From Candidatus Diapherotrites archaeon CG08_land_8_20_14_0_20_30_16 (GTDB lineage: Archaea; Iainarchaeota; Iainarchaeia; Iainarchaeales; 0-14-0-20-30-16): 21,678 nucleotides of DNA. The notes below the pieces were generated by a model. It did no database searches, was not told the origin of the DNA, and saw only the letters and a program-made list of their open reading frames with translations. Location of the stretch: positions 1,490 through 23,167 of the forward strand of contig PEXK01000049.1 of assembly GCA_002779075.1 (NCBI GenBank), written 5' to 3'. This document shows positions 6,733-14,459 of this stretch, piece by piece. The position numbers and the translations under genes are program-made. Every line of letters begins with the position of its first letter. The first letter of the stretch is position 1.

Positions 6733-9700
6733 GCTACATTTACTATATGAACATTTAGGGCAAGTATAACAACCTTCTTGGGCTACCATTTTTGCATGAC
6801 ATATTGAACATTCATCTTTTGGTATTTCTTTTGTAATCAACTTTTGTAATATTGATTTTTTGGGGCCTTCAAATTCAGAATCCGACTCTCTTTGATTTGT
6901 TCCTGCATTTAATATTTGCACTTGTCTGCTTGCATCTCTGTAAATTGTCAATCCTTTGCATTTTGACTCATATGCTAATCTGTATGCTTTTTTCACATCA
7001 TCAACTGTAGCGCTATTTGGCATATTAATTGTTTTTGAAACTGCATTATGAATATATTTTTGAAATGCAGCCTGCATTTTTATGTGCCATTCAGCATCTA
7101 TTTCTCTTGCTGTGATATATACTTTTTTTAGGTCTCCTGGAATCTCTTCTATCCCCTCAAACATTCCTGTTTTTGCAATTTTTTGCATAATTTCTCCAGA
7201 ATAAATTCCTCTTCTTTTTAATTCTTGTTCTAAATATTTATTAGTATAAACAAATTCTTGATTCTCCAAAGTTAATCTTGTATATGATAAAGAAAATAGA
7301 GGTTCTATTCCTGAAGAAACATCAGCAATCATACTTATTGTTCCTGTAGGCGCTATTGTAGTTATTGTTGCATTTCTCATATTCTTGTAACCTATAACAT
7401 CCCAATAACTTCCTTTAAAAGCAGGAAAATTTCCTTTTTCTTCACCCAATTTTACAGATTCTTCAATACCAGTATCTGTAATAAATTTCATCACTTTTTC
7501 TGCCAAATAAATTGCATCATCAGAATTGTAGGGTATTTGCAACTGCAACAACATGTCTGCCCACCCCATAACCCCAAGACCTATTTTTCTACTTGATTTT
7601 GTCATTCTTTCAATTTGTGGCAAAAGATATTTATTCACATCAATCATATTATCCATAAATCTTATTGCCAATCTTACTGTTTCTTCTAATTTTTTCCAAT
7701 CTATTTTTCCTTCCTCATCAATCATATTTGCCAAATTTACAGATCCCAAATTACAGGATTCATAAGACAAAAGCACTTGTTCCCCGCAATTTGCACTTAT
7801 TATTCCATTTACTGCAAATTTATGATCTTTGTTAAAAACAGTTAAATTGTATACCTCTTCCATTTTTTTAAGATCTATAATCTCAACAACTTTTGCATAA
7901 TCAATTTGTTTTACATCTCCCCATTTTGCTCTTAACAAACTATTTAATTTTTTTTGTTTGTTTTTATTTTTAAATCCAATTGATTTAGCGAATGAATTTA
8001 CATCTTTTCCATTAATATGTAAATCAAATCCATCATATTCTTTTCCATTTAATTCACATTTACTATACCTCACTCTTGAAACAATACCAAAAGTAGATAG
8101 TAATAATTGCACATCTTCAATTAATTTAGTGTGGGCAGAAGTCAAAGTTATGCGCCTTACTCTTTTGGTACCCCTATACATACTATGAACATTTCCGTCA
8201 CTACTGAATAATCCATTTAAAAATCCTTTTTGGAATTCTCTATTACCTCTTAAAACAGTTATTGGGATTCCTTCTTTCTTTGAAACCGCTTTAAATTTTT
8301 TCAAAAATAAATCTCTTGCAATTTTATTTGTTGTTGCCAATTCGATAACTCCCTTTGTTTTTAATCTATCACAACCATTTATATCAATTCCTAATTTATT
8401 GCAATATTTCTTTATAAATGAATATATCTCTTTATCTTCTTTTCCAAAAACAAAACCAATTTGCCAATTTTTTACTTTTTTATTTGAATGCCAACTAATC
8501 CAACCATTACCATAATTCCATCCCAATACAAAACCATCATTTGTAGAAAATTTGTATTCTGATCTATTTGGAGTTATACCATATTTTGATAATACTATTT
8601 TTGTTCCTTTTTTTAAATCTTTTACTTCAATCTTCTCATTGTTATACGAAATCAGATTATGATTTTTTGTTAAATCAATATATAATCCATTATCAAATTT
8701 AATCCTATATATTTTTTGTTTGCCAGTACTAAATGCTTTTGCAGGCGTTATTTTACCATCTGGACAAAGAACACTAAACTTTTTGTTTAATAATTCTTTT
8801 ATTGGTAACAAACCAATATCTGTATGAACTTTGTTTGTTCCTCTGTGGCAGGGGTTTGTTGATTCGATTACACCCATGTTTGAAACTTGATTGTGCCTGT
8901 TTATTTCATCAATAAATATTATTCCGGGCTCGCCATTCTGCCAAGCCATATTTGCAATTAAATCAAATACACTTCTAGCATTTAAGTTCCCTGCTACTTC
9001 TCCATTGTGCGGATCAATTAAGTCATAATCACAATTATTTTCAACAGCCTTCATAAATAAGTCTGTAACTGCAACAGAGATATTAAAATTTGGAATCTGC
9101 CCCTCTGTTTGTTTACAAGAAATAAACTCCAAAATATCTGGGTGATCAACTCTCAAAACACCCATATTTGCTCCTCGACGGCGCCCGCCCTGTTTGATTA
9201 CATTTGATGCGGCGTCAAAAACTTTCATAAAAGAAATTGGACCCGAAGCAATACCTTTTGTTGATTTAACAAAAGATCCTTTTGGTCTCAATCTAGAAAA
9301 AGAAAAACCCGTATTATGAATCACAGTGAATCCATTTTGTCCTGACAAATAATTTTGATATTTTTCAACAGTAAAATCATAAAATGGTTTTGTTTCAACT
9401 GTTTTCTCTGCAGAAACAACATAATCCAATTTTTCAACTAAATTTAATATTTTCTTAGTCTCATCATTGTTTATGGTAACCAATAAATCAATTAGTTTTT
9501 GTTTTGATATGCCTTTGCCTTCTTTAAATCTAGCCAACCAAAAATTTTTTCCATTTATTAGGATACTTTTTCTATGAATTGCATCACATTTTGTACTTGT
9601 GCCTATTTTTTCAAAAATGTTTTCAATATAATCAAAACTTATAGGCAATCTTTCTAATACTGTGTGCTTATTCTTAATTGTTTTAGCCAATCTTTCTTTT

Positions 9701-11364
9701 TTTAAATTTGATTTTAAAAATCTTAAAAATAATTCTTTAATTTTTTCGATATCCTCAGAAACAGAAAAAGTAACTTCATAACAATCTTTTTTTGCATTTC
9801 TTTTGGGTAATCGCACTCTTGAATAAGGCCTCAAGCCTAACAAAGACAACAAATGTAATATTTGATCTGCTAGGTCTTTACAAATTGTTGAAACACTAGT
9901 TCTTGAGTTTCTATTATCAACATACCCATCAGAATCTATAAGCCCTGCTAAAAAGCTACAAACAACAGATTTAGGTGATTTTATAATAAAACTAGGAATA
10001 GATAAATTTAATTTTTCTCCAATAGTTAAAATATTATTTTCTTTTATCCAATTAGTAAACTTGGCTGTTGTTGTACACAAAGAATATAATTCTCTTTTAT
10101 CTTTTTGAATTGCAACATCAATATTAAATCTATTTAATAAAATTGCTTTTGCAAACTCTAAATTTTCTGTTGTACCATCAAACAATCTAAATCTTAAACC
10201 ATTTTTGCTATTTCCTAAACTGCCATCACCCAATGCAAAACCAATTAACCAAGCAACATCTTCATCAATTTTTATATTGTCTATTTCTTTATATTCATTA
10301 AATAACCAATTCATATTCAAATCTGGTTTTAATAATAAATCATTTTGTTTTACTTCATCAGCTCTTTTTTCAACTATATTCCAATTTTTATCAATTACAA
10401 AAAAAGGGTGCCAAGCACTAGTGATTGCACAAGTACCTGATTTTGTAATTATTTTGTTAGCATCAGAAATTGAATTAAATTTCCAGATTTTGTTGACTTT
10501 GGCAGAGATAAAAGAATTTGATTGTTCATCAAATGAAATAGTTTTAATATCTTTGTCTAAAAGACTTATAATTTCTGCTCCAGAAGAGTCTGTTTCAATA
10601 GTTTTAGTTTGCAAAAAGAGTTTTTCATATAATATATCTATATTTTCCAAACCACAAAAACTAGTAAATACTTTTGATCCTGAGACTATACACCCGCCTC
10701 CACTTTGTTGGATTAAAGCAGTATATTTTATAGCATCAAATATTTCTGACATTGAATCTCCAACAGGCAAAACAAAGCACGCAGACAGCATTCCTAATTC
10801 TGTTCCTGCATTCATTAATGCAGGGGTATTAGGTAAAAAATCTAAATAATACATCATATCAAAAAATTTATCCTGCAGTTCTTTATACTTTTTTTGAGAC
10901 AGTCTTTTTTTATCTGCATTTGCAATATGTTCTGAAACTCTGTCAAACAATTGATTTGGTGTTTCAATAATATTTCCATTGTTATCTTTTAATAAATATC
11001 TAGCTTCCAAAACCTTAATCGCATTTAATGATAAATTTGTTTTTTCAACACTTCCAGTATAAACTTTCCTAATTTCTCTCAGCTTTCTTTTGTATTCTCT
11101 AAAAATTATAAATGATTTTGCAACTGCGGGATGTTTCTGCATTAAAACAGTTTCAACATTATCTGAAACATCTTCAACACTCGGCACTTCATCTTTCATT
11201 CTTTTTTCTATATCTTTAACTACTTGTTGAACTAAAGCATCCAAATCTTTTGGTTCTTCGTTTATAGAATCAAAAGCCTTTTGCAAAACAGTTTTTATTT
11301 TTTCAGGATCAAAAACAACTACTTCGCCAGTTCTCTTTCGAATATTTTCTATCATTATTATCAC
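6730..11364 (-). CDS. nrdJ: class II (adenosylcobalamin-dependent) ribonucleoside reductase with N-terminal ATP-cone, two inteins and a C-terminal Cys-rich zinc-finger tail
   Basis: Extein motifs are an ATP-cone (IRKRTGEVVVFDPEKI...), LSACFVLPVGDSM, QQSGGG|TGFSFSRLRPKGS, GGRRRGANMGVL, ESTNP|CGEQ, and a CSICH...CYTCPKCSYSKCS tail. The extein is 1544-460-354 = 730 aa. The start is GTG 11364, overlapping the nrdR TGA as GTGA, or ATG 11355. Confidence 0.95.
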   Translation of the reverse strand: MIIMIENIRKRTGEVVVFDPEKIKTVLQKAFDSINEEPKDLDALVQQVVKDIEKRMKDEVPSVEDVSDNVETVLMQKHPAVAKSFIIFREYKRKLREIRKVYTGSVEKTNLSLNAIKVLEARYLLKDNNGNIIETPNQLFDRVSEHIANADKKRLSQKKYKELQDKFFDMMYYLDFLPNTPALMNAGTELGMLSACFVLPVGDSMSEIFDAIKYTALIQQSGGGCIVSGSKVFTSFCGLENIDILYEKLFLQTKTIETDSSGAEIISLLDKDIKTISFDEQSNSFISAKVNKIWKFNSISDANKIITKSGTCAITSAWHPFFVIDKNWNIVEKRADEVKQNDLLLKPDLNMNWLFNEYKEIDNIKIDEDVAWLIGFALGDGSLGNSKNGLRFRLFDGTTENLEFAKAILLNRFNIDVAIQKDKRELYSLCTTTAKFTNWIKENNILTIGEKLNLSIPSFIIKSPKSVVCSFLAGLIDSDGYVDNRNSRTSVSTICKDLADQILHLLSLLGLRPYSRVRLPKRNAKKDCYEVTFSVSEDIEKIKELFLRFLKSNLKKERLAKTIKNKHTVLERLPISFDYIENIFEKIGTSTKCDAIHRKSILINGKNFWLARFKEGKGISKQKLIDLLVTINNDETKKILNLVEKLDYVVSAEKTVETKPFYDFTVEKYQNYLSGQNGFTVIHNTGFSFSRLRPKGSFVKSTKGIASGPISFMKVFDAASNVIKQGGRRRGANMGVLRVDHPDILEFISCKQTEGQIPNFNISVAVTDLFMKAVENNCDYDLIDPHNGEVAGNLNARSVFDLIANMAWQNGEPGIIFIDEINRHNQVSNMGVIESTNPCHRGTNKVHTDIGLLPIKELLNKKFSVLCPDGKITPAKAFSTGKQKIYRIKFDNGLYIDLTKNHNLISYNNEKIEVKDLKKGTKIVLSKYGITPNRSEYKFSTNDGFVLGWNYGNGWISWHSNKKVKNWQIGFVFGKEDKEIYSFIKKYCNKLGIDINGCDRLKTKGVIELATTNKIARDLFLKKFKAVSKKEGIPITVLRGNREFQKGFLNGLFSSDGNVHSMYRGTKRVRRITLTSAHTKLIEDVQLLLSTFGIVSRVRYSKCELNGKEYDGFDLHINGKDVNSFAKSIGFKNKNKQKKLNSLLRAKWGDVKQIDYAKVVEIIDLKKMEEVYNLTVFNKDHKFAVNGIISANCGEQVLLSYESCNLGSVNLANMIDEEGKIDWKKLEETVRLAIRFMDNMIDVNKYLLPQIERMTKSSRKIGLGVMGWADMLLQLQIPYNSDDAIYLAEKVMKFITDTGIEESVKLGEEKGNFPAFKGSYWDVIGYKNMRNATITTIAPTGTISMIADVSSGIEPLFSLSYTRLTLENQEFVYTNKYLEQELKRRGIYSGEIMQKIAKTGMFEGIEEIPGDLKKVYITAREIDAEWHIKMQAAFQKYIHNAVSKTINMPNSATVDDVKKAYRLAYESKCKGLTIYRDASRQVQILNAGTNQRESDSEFEGPKKSILQKLITKEIPKDECSICHAKMVAQEGCYTCPKCSYSKCS
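7789..8850 (-). mobile_element. intein 2 (354 aa) with a LAGLIDADG-type homing endonuclease domain, inserted at the NP|CGE active-site motif
   Basis: It starts CHRGTNKVHT (residue 839) and has block B DLTKNHNL (TxxH). The dodecapeptide motifs are FVLGWNYGNGWI (degenerate, no acidic residue) and FLNGLFSSDGNV. It ends AVNGIISAN (residue 1192), followed by +1 Cys of CGEQ. Boundary codons were checked on the nucleotide sequence (TGC 8850-8848; AAT 7791-7789; TGC 7788-7786). Confidence 0.85.
9313..10692 (-). mobile_element. intein 1 (460 aa) with an intact-looking LAGLIDADG homing endonuclease, inserted in the GGG|TGFSFS motif
   Basis: It starts CIVSGSKVF (residue 225) and has block B ITSAWHPFFV. 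The dodecapeptide motifs are LIGFALGDGSL and FLAGLIDSDGYV. It ends GFTVIHN (residue 684), followed by +1 Thr. Boundary codons were checked (TGT 10692-10690; AAT 9315-9313; ACG 9312-9310). Confidence 0.9.
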
Positions 11365-11804
11365 TCCAACTTCAAAATCTCTTTTTTGAAATCATTAGTT
11401 GTTTTGAATGCTTTATATATAGATGCAAATCTGATGTATGCAATATCATCCAATTCTTTTAAATATTTTATAACTGAATTTCCTATCTGTTCAGAACTTA
11501 CCTCAACATTTCCTTCTCTTCTCAAATCTTGTTCTATTTTTGAAATCAATTCTTCAATTGCTTCAATTGTCACTGGCCTTTTTTTACACGCCAATATAAT
11601 ACCTCTTTTCATTTTCTCTTTATCATATTTTTCCCTTGAACCATCCTTTTTAATTACAAAGAAATCTACATCCCCTATTTTCTCATAGGTCGTGAATCTT
11701 TGCTCACATTTAAGACATTCCCTTCTACGCCTAATTACAGCTTCCGAAACATCCCTTTTATCTACCACACTGAGGTCTTCAGAGCCACAAAATGGACAAA
11801 TCAT
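11361..11804 (-). CDS. nrdR: transcriptional repressor NrdR (zinc ribbon + ATP-cone)
   Basis: MICPFCGS...VIRRRRECLKCEQRFTTYE zinc-ribbon signature followed by an ATP-cone (VIKKDGSREKYDKEKMKRGI...). The length of 147 aa is typical. The TGA stop overlaps the nrdJ GTG start. Confidence 0.93.
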   Translation of the reverse strand: MICPFCGSEDLSVVDKRDVSEAVIRRRRECLKCEQRFTTYEKIGDVDFFVIKKDGSREKYDKEKMKRGIILACKKRPVTIEAIEELISKIEQDLRREGNVEVSSEQIGNSVIKYLKELDDIAYIRFASIYKAFKTTNDFKKEILKLE

Positions 11805-11816
11805 AAAACAATCACA

Positions 11817-11864
11817 TAACTACATATTGTGGTCTTGTAGAAACAAAAACACAATCCGTTGTAC
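11817..11864 (-). promoter_or_regulatory. two candidate NrdR boxes, 32 bp centre to centre, between the TATA box and the nrdR start
   Basis: The minus strand reads CCACAATATGTAGTTA (11832-11817) and GTACAACGGATTGTGT (11864-11849). Against the NrdR-box consensus as I remember it (acaCwAtATaTwGtgt), they match at about 12/16 and 11/16 positions. The spacing of three helical turns matches tandem NrdR boxes. Confidence 0.5.
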
Positions 11865-11880
11865 TAAAAACAAGATCAAC

Positions 11881-11890
11881 ATTTATAAAT
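11881..11890 (-). promoter_or_regulatory. TATA-box candidate for the nrdR-nrdJ operon
   Basis: ATTTATAAAT lies about 80 nt upstream of the nrdR ATG. A start about 25 nt downstream of it would fall in or near the distal NrdR box. Confidence 0.4.
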
Positions 11891-12132
11891 AGTTTGTTTA
11901 GTCATAATGAATTTTAAATGAAAATAGAACTTTGAAAAATAATTTTATAATGAATTAATCAATGCCTTTCTAATATTTATTAAGAAAAAATAAATAATCT
12001 TTAAATTATGTTTAATTGCTTGTAATTAACTTATAAATAAATCATGTTATTGATTAAAATGATCAAATCTAGGGGCATTACAGATAACTATTTAAATATA
12101 TATTAGATTAATACTATAGTAATGGGATTTTT

Positions 12133-12378
12133 ATGGTTGAAACGTTTTCTTTACAAACATTATCCAAAGATGAGAAAATACAATTGTTATATGAATTAGG
12201 ATTTAAATCTGATGGCATCTATGTATTAGATCCAGAAGGAAAAAAAATTAAAGATAAATATATAGATGTTGATGTCAAACTAGAAAATATGCTAATTTTA
12301 CCAAGTAGTACAATAATATTAGATAATAACCCGATGAGTATTGCCTCATATCTAGAGGAACATCCAGATGTGTTCTGA
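12133..12378 (+). CDS. hypothetical protein, 81 aa, no family recognised
   Basis: Open frame ending in TGA. It overlaps the next ORF by 11 nt (ATGTGTTCTGA) and is preceded by a 240-nt AT-rich non-coding spacer. The upstream RBS is weak. Confidence 0.5.
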   Translation: MVETFSLQTLSKDEKIQLLYELGFKSDGIYVLDPEGKKIKDKYIDVDVKLENMLILPSSTIILDNNPMSIASYLEEHPDVF

Positions 12379-13084
12379 TACCTATAAAGATACAATTGAA
12401 GGCATAACTAAAGGCGCATTAGAATTTGGAGAAAATAAAATAAAACAACTTGTTCAACAATTTAAAAATGGTAAACTCGCATTTATACAAGATCAAGAAA
12501 CTATTGACTTGGTAAAGAAACAACTTGAAAGTGGCGAATGGGATTTATGTAAAGGTTACATAAAAGATGACTTTTTAAAATTACTTGTTAAAATGGGATT
12601 AACTCTAAGGGAATTAGATCGATTAAAAGAAACAAAAAAAATACAAAACTTAAAACAAAAAATAAATATAAAATTTGGACCTAGAGGAATACACATTTCT
12701 GAAATTGTTCAAAATAAATTGTTGACTTCTTTTATTGGCAGTTTAGCAAAAACAATTAATACTGTGCCAGAGATGATAGAATATATTGAAAAATTGTTAA
12801 ATAATTTAGATAATTATGTAATTTTTATAAAAAATACCGACAATGTTAAAAACATCCATAAAATTATTGAAACTAAAATTATGGCAAATACACCGGATTT
12901 CCTTATAATATTTTCATGTGGCTCTGCAATTCAAGTAGCGATGACTTTAAAATCAGAATTATTTAAAATGCAAATAATTACTGAAAATTATACTGTAGAA
13001 ATACAAGAAGAAGGAACGGAAGGCATAAATAAATATTTAATATTCCTATTTAAACAAGAATCAAATTTATTTGAAGATAAATAG
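12368..13084 (+). CDS. hypothetical protein, 238 aa, no family recognised
   Basis: The ATG is embedded in the end of the 81-aa ORF, with a GAGGA Shine-Dalgarno 8 nt upstream (inside the upstream ORF). This implies translational coupling. The frame is uninterrupted for 238 codons in a genome where random ORFs are short. Confidence 0.65.
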   Translation: MCSDTYKDTIEGITKGALEFGENKIKQLVQQFKNGKLAFIQDQETIDLVKKQLESGEWDLCKGYIKDDFLKLLVKMGLTLRELDRLKETKKIQNLKQKINIKFGPRGIHISEIVQNKLLTSFIGSLAKTINTVPEMIEYIEKLLNNLDNYVIFIKNTDNVKNIHKIIETKIMANTPDFLIIFSCGSAIQVAMTLKSELFKMQIITENYTVEIQEEGTEGINKYLIFLFKQESNLFEDK

Positions 13085-13087
13085 AAA

Positions 13088-13143
13088 AAGTGTAGAAAGA
13101 GATTTTGTTTCTAATTAAATTTGAAACTATTTGTAAAAGATTC
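13088..13143 (+). repeat. partial copy (R3) of the intergenic repeat motifs
   Basis: AAGTGTAGAA (13088-13097) is identical to 6623-6632 and 16625-16634. TTTGTAAAAGATTC (13130-13143) is the reverse complement of GAATCTTTTACAAA at 16647-16660. Confidence 0.4.
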
Positions 13144-13160
13144 AAGGCACAATGCCTTTT
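13144..13160 (+). terminator. hairpin AAGGCA-CAA-TGCCTT followed by TT (U4 counting the stem)
   Basis: 6-bp perfect stem, read directly, 60 nt downstream of the 238-aa ORF stop. Confidence 0.35.
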
Positions 13161-13174
13161 AATCTTATACACTT

Positions 13175-13202
13175 ACTCTTTCTTCTTAACAAGAGTTTTT
13201 TT
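13175..13202 (+). terminator. intrinsic-terminator-like hairpin ACTCTT-N10-AAGAGT running into a T7 tract
   Basis: The stem is 13175-13180 / 13191-13196 and the T-run is 13196-13202. An oligo-T run is the archaeal termination signal. It is oriented for the + strand cassette. Confidence 0.5.
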
Positions 13203-13267
13203 CGATTTCTTAGCTTGTGTCTAAATCGGCTTGCTATTGCAAGAGCTTTTGACACTTCGTTAAAGTT

Positions 13268-13717
13268 TTAAATCTTTTTTGATTTTGAATCTTTACGCTC
13301 TCTTGTTTCTTTTTGTTCTTGAGTTTCTTCAACCAAAATGCAATTTACAATTCCTGATTGACCAGGTCTTGATGTTACTTTTGCTAACTTTGTTGCACCT
13401 TTAATATCAACAATAATTAAAGCGCCTTTTGTTATTATATTTCTTCTTGCATATTCTCTATTTGCAGGATTTGCTTTTACTGTTTTTATTTCTGCTTTGA
13501 AGTTTTTCTTATTCAAAACTACATTTGCAAACTTCACTGCTGCTAATTTAACTTTTTTATTAGCACCCTTGCCTCTAACTATTTTTCTATGATCTTCTTC
13601 AGCCAAAGTAGTTAATGCTGGTCTGTTTGCCAACTGTGTTAATACCTTGTTCCTTCTTTTCAAAGAATGTCTTAAGCCACCTGATGGCTTCCTTTTTGAT
13701 TTTCTTGTAACTAACAT
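13268..13717 (-). CDS. rps8e: 30S ribosomal protein S8e
   Basis: The basic N-terminus RKSKRKPSGG and the C-terminal block KVTSRPGQSGIVNCILVEE are typical of archaeal S8e. GGGGTG Shine-Dalgarno lies 6 nt upstream of the ATG. A short K/E-rich C-terminal extension is present. Confidence 0.85.
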   Translation of the reverse strand: MLVTRKSKRKPSGGLRHSLKRRNKVLTQLANRPALTTLAEEDHRKIVRGKGANKKVKLAAVKFANVVLNKKNFKAEIKTVKANPANREYARRNIITKGALIIVDIKGATKLAKVTSRPGQSGIVNCILVEETQEQKETRERKDSKSKKI

Positions 13718-13799
13718 TTATTACACCCCAATAAAACTATAAAAATAGCAATTTAATCTATCTATTATAATCTATAGTTAAGTAAGGTTTTTAAATTCC

Positions 13800-14432
13800 T
13801 TACTCTTCTTCTTGGCTTCTGTTCACCAATACCAAAATCTTATCATTTTCTTTAAGTACACAATCATCTTTCGGATACTTTAGCTTCTTGCCCTCGTAAA
13901 CTGCAATTATTCGTTCATCATCAGTGTTTATCTGCTTTATTTTTTTCCCATAATACTCACTGCTTTTTGTTACCAGAATCTCTTCTAATTCCGCTTCACC
14001 AGTACTTAAAAAAGCTAAATCTATTAATACAGGTTTTAATAAAATCTCTTCAATGTACATTGCAGCAGCAACCTCGGGATGAATAGACAAATCTATACCC
14101 ATTTTTGTTAAAATTGTTTTATCATAAGTTGTTTTTGCTAATCTAACTGCAACTTTTTTAGCCCCTTTTTCTTTTGCCATCATACCGACAATTAAATTAA
14201 CTTCATCAGAATCTGTTAAAGCAATTAACGCATCACAACCTTTTACATTTGCTTGTTCTAAAACCTTTTCTTTTGTTGCATCATCACTAATTGCAATAAT
14301 ATCAAAATCGTCTGCAATCTGTTGGCATCTTTCTATATCCTTCTCAACTAAAACAACTTCATGATCATGATCTAATAATAATTGGATCAAAGCAAAACTT
14401 ATTTTACCAGCACCTACAATTACAAAATACAT
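13800..14432 (-). CDS. trkA: K+ transport regulatory subunit, RCK domain (TrkA/KtrA type: TrkA-N + TrkA-C)
   Basis: Rossmann motif VIVGAGKISFAL...VLVEKD, followed by the TrkA-C pattern (ELEEILV...GKKIKQI...IIAV..G......D.VLKENDKILVL). AGGAG Shine-Dalgarno lies upstream. Confidence 0.9.
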   Translation of the reverse strand: MYFVIVGAGKISFALIQLLLDHDHEVVLVEKDIERCQQIADDFDIIAISDDATKEKVLEQANVKGCDALIALTDSDEVNLIVGMMAKEKGAKKVAVRLAKTTYDKTILTKMGIDLSIHPEVAAAMYIEEILLKPVLIDLAFLSTGEAELEEILVTKSSEYYGKKIKQINTDDERIIAVYEGKKLKYPKDDCVLKENDKILVLVNRSQEEE

Positions 14433-14459
14433 TTCTTCATCTCCTAATAGTCTTCATAG

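Noticed and set aside
10205-10849. 214-aa + strand ORF, plus the other antisense ORFs listed in the track: 2497-2694, 3094-3420, 3593-3796, 4259-4684, 4855-5576, 6012-6194, 7553-8188, 11281-11892, 14892-15182, 16116-16334, 17053-17265, 18390-18581, 19920-20111, 21299-21493
   Set aside because: All lie antisense to confidently identified genes. Their translations are low-complexity and rich in F/L/S/I, as expected from reading AT-rich coding sequence backwards. None has a start context or a recognisable motif.
12133-13084. The 81-aa and 238-aa ORFs as a single gene broken by a frameshift
   Set aside because: The second ORF has its own ATG with a well-placed GAGGA Shine-Dalgarno, and the overlap (ATGTGTTCTGA) has no homopolymer or slippery heptamer. 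Stop-start overlap of two genes is more likely, though a sequencing frameshift cannot be excluded without homologues.
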